Positions 57,164 to 61,826 of a stretch of 61,826 nt of DNA are shown piece after piece. The stretch comes from an uncultured Clostridium sp. (GTDB lineage Bacteria; Bacillota; Clostridia; TANB77; CAG-508). The DNA lies in contig USNR01000002.1 in NCBI GenBank assembly GCA_900556135.1, positions 1 through 61,826 on the forward strand. Direction: 5' to 3'. A model generated the notes under the pieces. The model was not told the origin of the DNA. It saw only the letters and a program-made list of their open reading frames with translations, and searched no databases. The position numbers and the translations under genes were made by a program. Position 1 is the first letter of the stretch; each line of letters starts with the position of its first letter.

Positions 57164-58375
57164 TTATTTATCCATACCGACGTATGCGCCGTTTTTGATT
57201 ACCATGCCCTTAGGAGACTTGGAAACCTCACCGGTGGTTTTCCATGTCATACCCGTACCGGTAAGACCGTCAAACTTAAAGGAAGAATCGGTGAACTGTG
57301 CGGTCAAAGCCTCGCATATATCGGCCGCCTTATCGCTTGCCTTTACACCCTTTGCCTTGCATGCTTCATAGAGTGCGTAAACGCAGTCATAGGTATCGGC
57401 AGCGAACTGGTTCGGAGTCTCGCCGAATTTCTCTTTGTACTTCTTAACAAAGTTCTGCGTCTTTTCATCGGTTGCGTCAGCCGTGAAAGGAGTTAAAAGC
57501 ATAACGTTTTCGGCAAGCTTTGTATCAAAGTTTTTAACTGTGAGTATACCGTCCATACCGTCAACGCCGAAGAACTTAGGTGCGTAGCCCATCTTGTTTG
57601 CCTGGGTCAGTATGAGGGATGCCGGAGTATAGTAGATCGGGAGGAAGAGCAGATCCGCACCCTTTGCCTTAGCGTCGTTAAGCTGAGCGGAGAAGTCGCT
57701 GTTGGTATCATCCGGGAAGGTGGTAGTGCTTACAATCTCAAGACCTTCTTTTTTAGCCTCGGCCGCGAATTTCTGATAGATACCGGTCGAATAAGCATCA
57801 CCGTTGTTGTAGATTATCGCAATCTTGGTGCCGAGCTTCTGCTCTTTTATATACTGAGCGGATGCAACGCCCTGGTTCGGGTCGGTAAAGCACATCTGGA
57901 ATACGTTATCCTTACGCTGAATGGTTACGTTACCGTCGCCGTCAGGCTGACCGCCTATAACGTCGGTAGAAGAAGCGGAAGGAGTAAGCTGGAAGATCTT
58001 ATCGGAATTGGTTTCGGTGGAAACAGCAATGCAGGGCTTCGTGGTAACAGTACCCATAAGGATCTGCATGCCCCAGTCTTTCAGCTTGTTGTAAGCATTG
58101 ACTGACTTTTCGGCGTCGTTTTCATCGTCTTCAAACTGCAGCTCGAACTGTACGTCCTCGCCCTTTGCGTTGATTTCCTCAACCGCAATTTCAGCAGCGT
58201 TTTTAACTGCCTGGCCGTAAATAGCCGCAGCACCGGTGATAGGTCCTATACCGCCAATTTTGATCTTGCCGCTTGAAGAGCCGCCGCTGTCTTTAGAGCC
58301 GCCGCAGCCGGCCATAGCGGTAAGAACGAGGGCAGCCGACATAGCCGCGCTCATAAATCTTACAAATTTTTTCAT
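57164..58375 (-). CDS. livK: branched-chain amino acid ABC transporter substrate-binding lipoprotein
   Basis: Lipobox LTAMAGCGGS. Type-I periplasmic binding fold (GGIGPITGAAAIYG). ATG at 58375 lies 9 nt after AAGAGG. Confidence 0.85.
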   Translation of the reverse strand: MKKFVRFMSAAMSAALVLTAMAGCGGSKDSGGSSSGKIKIGGIGPITGAAAIYGQAVKNAAEIAVEEINAKGEDVQFELQFEDDENDAEKSVNAYNKLKDWGMQILMGTVTTKPCIAVSTETNSDKIFQLTPSASSTDVIGGQPDGDGNVTIQRKDNVFQMCFTDPNQGVASAQYIKEQKLGTKIAIIYNNGDAYSTGIYQKFAAEAKKEGLEIVSTTTFPDDTNSDFSAQLNDAKAKGADLLFLPIYYTPASLILTQANKMGYAPKFFGVDGMDGILTVKNFDTKLAENVMLLTPFTADATDEKTQNFVKKYKEKFGETPNQFAADTYDCVYALYEACKAKGVKASDKAADICEALTAQFTDSSFKFDGLTGTGMTWKTTGEVSKSPKGMVIKNGAYVGMDK

Positions 58376-58605
58376 TTTAAACAACCTCTTTCAAAGTTTT
58401 TTATATTTAACAGCCCGAAAGCTGAAAAACAACAATAATAAAAAATGACCTTGCCTTTTTTTGAAAAGCAAAGTCAGCAGGTTTACAAGCCTTTTCAGCT
58501 TTTAACAGGCTCATAAAAAGCCGTTTTGCTTTTCATATTTATATGTTTTAAAATTCCAATCGCTCTTATTATAATTAGCTGTAGGAAAATAATGGCGCTA
58601 ATTAC

Positions 58606-58636
58606 AAAAAGGGACACTGTGTTGACAACAGTGCCC
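58606..58636 (-). terminator. intrinsic terminator inside the liv operon leader
   Basis: Minus strand: GGGCACUGU-UGUCAAC-ACAGUGUCCC followed by UUUUU. It lies about 150 nt downstream of promoter TTGACA (58790-58785), 17 nt, TAAAAT (58767-58762). Confidence 0.55.
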
Positions 58637-58898
58637 TCGTTAAGACGTATTAAAGAAGCAGACGAAAATTCAGGTGCGGTATTGGCATCTGTTGACTGTT
58701 CATATGATTTTGTCATAAATGAAACACGCATTGTCTTTCGTCCTTTCCTTTTGTTGCACCCATTTTATCACAAGCATATAATCTTGTCAAGTACACTTTA
58801 GCGATTTAAACTAATTTTCCGCTTTTTAATAAAAATATACGAAATTAAACTCGCATTTTGTAGAATATTGAAGAAAGATTAAAATATGCAAATTTGCT

Positions 58899-58916
58899 AT
58901 TGCATAATTATTCATT
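58899..58916. promoter_or_regulatory. ARG-box-like palindrome overlapping the argG promoter
   Basis: The reverse strand reads AATGAATAATTATGCAA, compared with the consensus TNTGAATWWWWATTCANW. It overlaps TTGCAT (58900-58905), 17 nt, TATACT (58923-58928). Confidence 0.45.
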
Positions 58917-58972
58917 GTATGCTATACTTTATGCAAAGAAAACAAGCAAATATGCAATCGGAGGAATATATT

Positions 58973-60202
58973 ATGAATAAAAAAGACATTAAAAAGGTAG
59001 TTTTGGCGTATTCGGGCGGACTTGATACTTCCATAATCATTCCGTGGTTAAAGGAAAATTACAATAATCCCGAGATTATTGCCGTTTCGGGAAATGTAGG
59101 TCAGGCAAGCGAGCTTGAGGGGCTTGAGGAAAAAGCGCTCAAGACCGGCGCCTCCAAAGTATATATAGAAGACCTTACAAAGGAATTTTTGGAAGATTAC
59201 GTTTTTCCCTGCGTTCAGGCGGACGCGCTTTATGAGGATTATATGTTAGGCACGGCGTTTGCACGCCCCCCTATAGCAAAGCGCATTGCCGAAATTGCAA
59301 TTGCCGAGGGAGCCGACGCTATTTGCCACGGCTGCACGGGCAAGGGCAACGACCAAGTAAGGTTTGAGCTTGCAATAAAGGCGTTTGCGCCCGATATTAC
59401 AATAATCGCCCCGTGGCGTGAGTGGAGCATTAAATCAAGGGAAGAGGAAATTGAGTATGCCGAGGCGCATAACGTTCCGCTTAAAATAAGCCGCGAGACC
59501 AACTACTCAAAGGATAAAAACATCTGGCATTTATCGCACGAGGGACTTGACCTTGAAGACCCGAAAAACGAGCCGCAGTACAACAAGCCGGGCTTTCTTG
59601 AAATGGGCGTATCCCCCGAAATGGCGCCCGATAAGCCGACCTATGTAACGCTCCACTTTGAAAAGGGCATTGCCACAGCGATTGACGGCAAGGAAATGGG
59701 TGCTGTGGAGCTGGTTGAAACCCTTAATAAGCTGGGCGGCGAAAACGGTATAGGCTTGCTTGATATTGTGGAAAACAGGCTTGTGGGTATGAAGTGCCGC
59801 GGCGTGTACGAGACCCCCGGCGGAGCTATTCTTTACAAGGCGCACAAGGTGCTTGAAACTATCTGCCTTGATAAAGAGACCGTACATTATAAAGCGCTTG
59901 TGGCGCAAAAGCTTGCCGACCTGGTTTACAGCGCGCAGTGGTTCACCCCGCTTACAAAGGCTATACTTTCCTTTGTTAAAACAACGCAGGAAACCGTTAC
60001 GGGCGACGTTACCCTGAAGCTTTACAAGGGCAATATGATAAACGCGGGCGTTTCTTCGCCGTATTCGCTTTATGACCCCGAAATAGCCACATTCGATGAG
60101 GACGACGTTTACAACCAGTCCGACGCTACGGGCTTTATAAACCTTTACGGCCTGCCGACGAGCGTTTACGCAAAAATGAAAGCTAAAAACAATCTCAATT
60201 AA
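58973..60202 (+). CDS. argG: argininosuccinate synthase
   Basis: [23 protein letters not shown] at 58973 follows GGAGGAA; the tracked ORF starts upstream at 58886. Confidence 0.95.
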   Translation: MNKKDIKKVVLAYSGGLDTSIIIPWLKENYNNPEIIAVSGNVGQASELEGLEEKALKTGASKVYIEDLTKEFLEDYVFPCVQADALYEDYMLGTAFARPPIAKRIAEIAIAEGADAICHGCTGKGNDQVRFELAIKAFAPDITIIAPWREWSIKSREEEIEYAEAHNVPLKISRETNYSKDKNIWHLSHEGLDLEDPKNEPQYNKPGFLEMGVSPEMAPDKPTYVTLHFEKGIATAIDGKEMGAVELVETLNKLGGENGIGLLDIVENRLVGMKCRGVYETPGGAILYKAHKVLETICLDKETVHYKALVAQKLADLVYSAQWFTPLTKAILSFVKTTQETVTGDVTLKLYKGNMINAGVSSPYSLYDPEIATFDEDDVYNQSDATGFINLYGLPTSVYAKMKAKNNLN

Positions 60203-60259
60203 ATTTTAAAATCTATGCCGCCTGAATTTTCAGACGGCATAATTATAGGAGTGCGGAAA

Positions 60260-61651
60260 ATGGGAAAAATGTGGGCAGGGCGCTTTAAGGGCGCGCTTGA
60301 CAAGCAAGCGGACGATTTTAATTCTTCGTTTCACTTTGATAACCGTATGTATAAGCAGGATATTTCAGGCTCCGTTATGCACGCGAAAATGCTCGGTGAT
60401 AAAAAAATAATAACCGAGGATGAAAAAGCCGAAATCATAAAGGGGCTTTCGGGCATTTTAACGGATATAGAGAGCGGCAAGCTCCCGCTTGACAGTGATG
60501 CCGAGGATATACATATGTTTATTGAGGAGGAGCTTACCAAAAGAATAGGCGACTCGGGTAAAAGACTTCACACCGCGCGCAGCCGTAATGACCAGGTGGC
60601 GCTTGATATAAGAATGTATATGGCAAACGAATGTGAGGAGATAGGCGGACTTATTTTAAAGCTTATCGCCGCAATAACCGACAAGGCAAAGGAAAACGTA
60701 AACACAATAATGCCCGGCTACACCCATTTGCAGCGCGCGCAGCCCATAACCTTTGCCCACCACATTTTAACCTACGCCTTTATGTTAAAGCGTGATTTTG
60801 AAAGAATTGCCGACGCTGAAAAAAGGATGATTTCCCAGTGTCCCATAGGCTCCTGCGCGCTTGCGGGAACTACATACGATACCGACCGCTATTTTGAAGC
60901 TGAGCATTTGGGCTTTACCGATATTTCGCTTAACAGTATAGACGGCGTATCCGACAGGGATTTCTGCCTTGAGCTTTTAAGCGCTTTTTCAATACTTATG
61001 ATGCACCTTTCGCGCTTTTCAGAGGAAATAATACTCTGGTCTTCGTGGGAATTTAAGTTTATAGAGCTTGACGACAGCTACACCACAGGCTCCAGCATTA
61101 TGCCGCAAAAGAAAAACCCCGATATGGCAGAGTTGGTACGCGGAAAGACAGGGCGTGTTTACGGCGACCTGATGGGACTTTTAACAACCCTTAAAGGTCT
61201 GCCGCTTGCATACAATAAGGATATGCAGGAGGATAAAGAAGCGATTTTTGACGCGGTTGACACCGTAAAACAGTGCCTTAATGTATTCGCACCCATGATA
61301 GCCACAATGAAAGTGCTGCCCGAAAATATGTATAAGGCAGCCGGGGAAGGTTTTATTAACGCTACCGATTTAGCCGATTACCTTGTTAAAAAGGGTATGC
61401 CGTTCAGAACGGCTTATAAAAAGGTGGGTGAAATTGTGGCGTACTGCATTGAAAATAAGCTGGTGCTTGAAACCGTTCCGATTGAAAAATATAAGGAGCT
61501 CGACAGCCTTTTTGACTCAGACCTTTATAATGAAATTTCGCTTGAAACCTGCGTTTCAAAACGTATTTCGGCAGGCAGCACCGGACCGAAATCAGTTAAA
61601 ACACAAATTGATTTCTTTACTGACTTTTTAAACCAATACCCTGCCGTTTAA
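60260..61651 (+). CDS. argH: argininosuccinate lyase
   Basis: MGKMWAGRF...GSSIMPQKKNPDMAEL fumarate-lyase signature. ATG at 60260 follows AGGAG. Confidence 0.95.
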   Translation: MGKMWAGRFKGALDKQADDFNSSFHFDNRMYKQDISGSVMHAKMLGDKKIITEDEKAEIIKGLSGILTDIESGKLPLDSDAEDIHMFIEEELTKRIGDSGKRLHTARSRNDQVALDIRMYMANECEEIGGLILKLIAAITDKAKENVNTIMPGYTHLQRAQPITFAHHILTYAFMLKRDFERIADAEKRMISQCPIGSCALAGTTYDTDRYFEAEHLGFTDISLNSIDGVSDRDFCLELLSAFSILMMHLSRFSEEIILWSSWEFKFIELDDSYTTGSSIMPQKKNPDMAELVRGKTGRVYGDLMGLLTTLKGLPLAYNKDMQEDKEAIFDAVDTVKQCLNVFAPMIATMKVLPENMYKAAGEGFINATDLADYLVKKGMPFRTAYKKVGEIVAYCIENKLVLETVPIEKYKELDSLFDSDLYNEISLETCVSKRISAGSTGPKSVKTQIDFFTDFLNQYPAV

Positions 61652-61771
61652 GGGTTAAAAATGTTATAAAAACCGATATTAACACCTTTTTTAAAAAATT
61701 AAAGCAAAAAATGAATTTTGGGGCTTGACTTTATGCTTTTAATATGGTATAGTAGTTAGGCGCTGAAAAAT

Positions 61772-61826
61772 GCTGGTGTAGCTCAGTTGGTAGAGCAGCT
61801 GATTTGTAATCAGCAGGTCGGGGGTT
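61772..61826 (+). tRNA. tRNA-Thr (anticodon UGU), 3' end cut by the window
   Basis: GCTGGTG-TA-GCTC-AGTTGGTA-GAGC-A-GCTGA-TTTGTAA-TCAGC-AGGTC-GGGGGTT. Anticodon loop is TT-TGT-AA. Promoter TTGACT-17-TATAGT lies just upstream. Confidence 0.85.

Noticed and set aside
58495-58801. Tracked ORFs 58495..58731 (minus) and 58526..58801 (plus) between livK and argG.
   Set aside because: They overlap each other and run through two terminator hairpins and the leader promoter. The region is better explained as regulatory or non-coding.
1-61826. Looked for CRISPR arrays, IS elements or transposases, integrases or recombinases, prophage genes, reverse transcriptases, and known defence-system ATPase/nuclease pairs.
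   Set aside because: No regularly spaced direct repeats and no ORF with recombinase, transposase, RT or phage-structural motifs were seen. The only nuclease is the secreted-type enzyme at 11279..12043.

Overview
Composite window. Nt 1 to ~48.2 kb is very AT-rich (hand counts on 60-nt samples give roughly 20-35% G+C). It looks like chromosome of a spore-forming Clostridia-type Firmicute. It carries housekeeping and sporulation genes: mreB, thrS and aspS with T-box leaders, pgi, spoIIID, spo0A, spoVM, rpmB, nadD, rpsT, a dCMP deaminase, gatCAB and adhE. It also carries a two-component system with a WG-repeat protein, a cytoplasmic alpha-amylase, two tandem polysaccharide deacetylases and several orphan genes. 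From ~48.3 kb to the end the DNA is ~50% G+C with different codon usage. That part carries hlyIII, a Crp-like regulator plus NitT/TauT-type ABC operon, a MATE pump, livKHMGF, argG, argH and the 5' part of tRNA-Thr(UGU). The switch happens inside one 195-nt spacer with no mobile-element gene, so a chimeric join or a very recent transfer must be considered. I saw no CRISPR array, transposase, integrase or rRNA. Most interesting observations: (1) A 0.75-kb ORF-free spacer (36244-36991) has its own promoter, elevated G+C and dense hairpins, and runs into a 4-TM membrane protein gene; it is a candidate large structured ncRNA/RNP locus (OLE/OapA-like). (2) A translationally coupled three-gene operon encodes a coiled-coil protein, a membrane-anchored His-Me nuclease and a small cytoplasmic candidate inhibitor. 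(3) There are compositional orphan genes: 26462-26710 at ~55% G+C, 36034-36243, and 13672-14979. (4) A 24/25-bp inverted repeat encloses a 93-bp structured core between adhE and the deacetylase genes. (5) A MATE pump is fused to a cytidylate-kinase-like domain. (6) aspS has an Asn-specifier T-box and lies near gatCAB. All family names come from motif recognition by eye. Nothing was searched or computed beyond hand counts.
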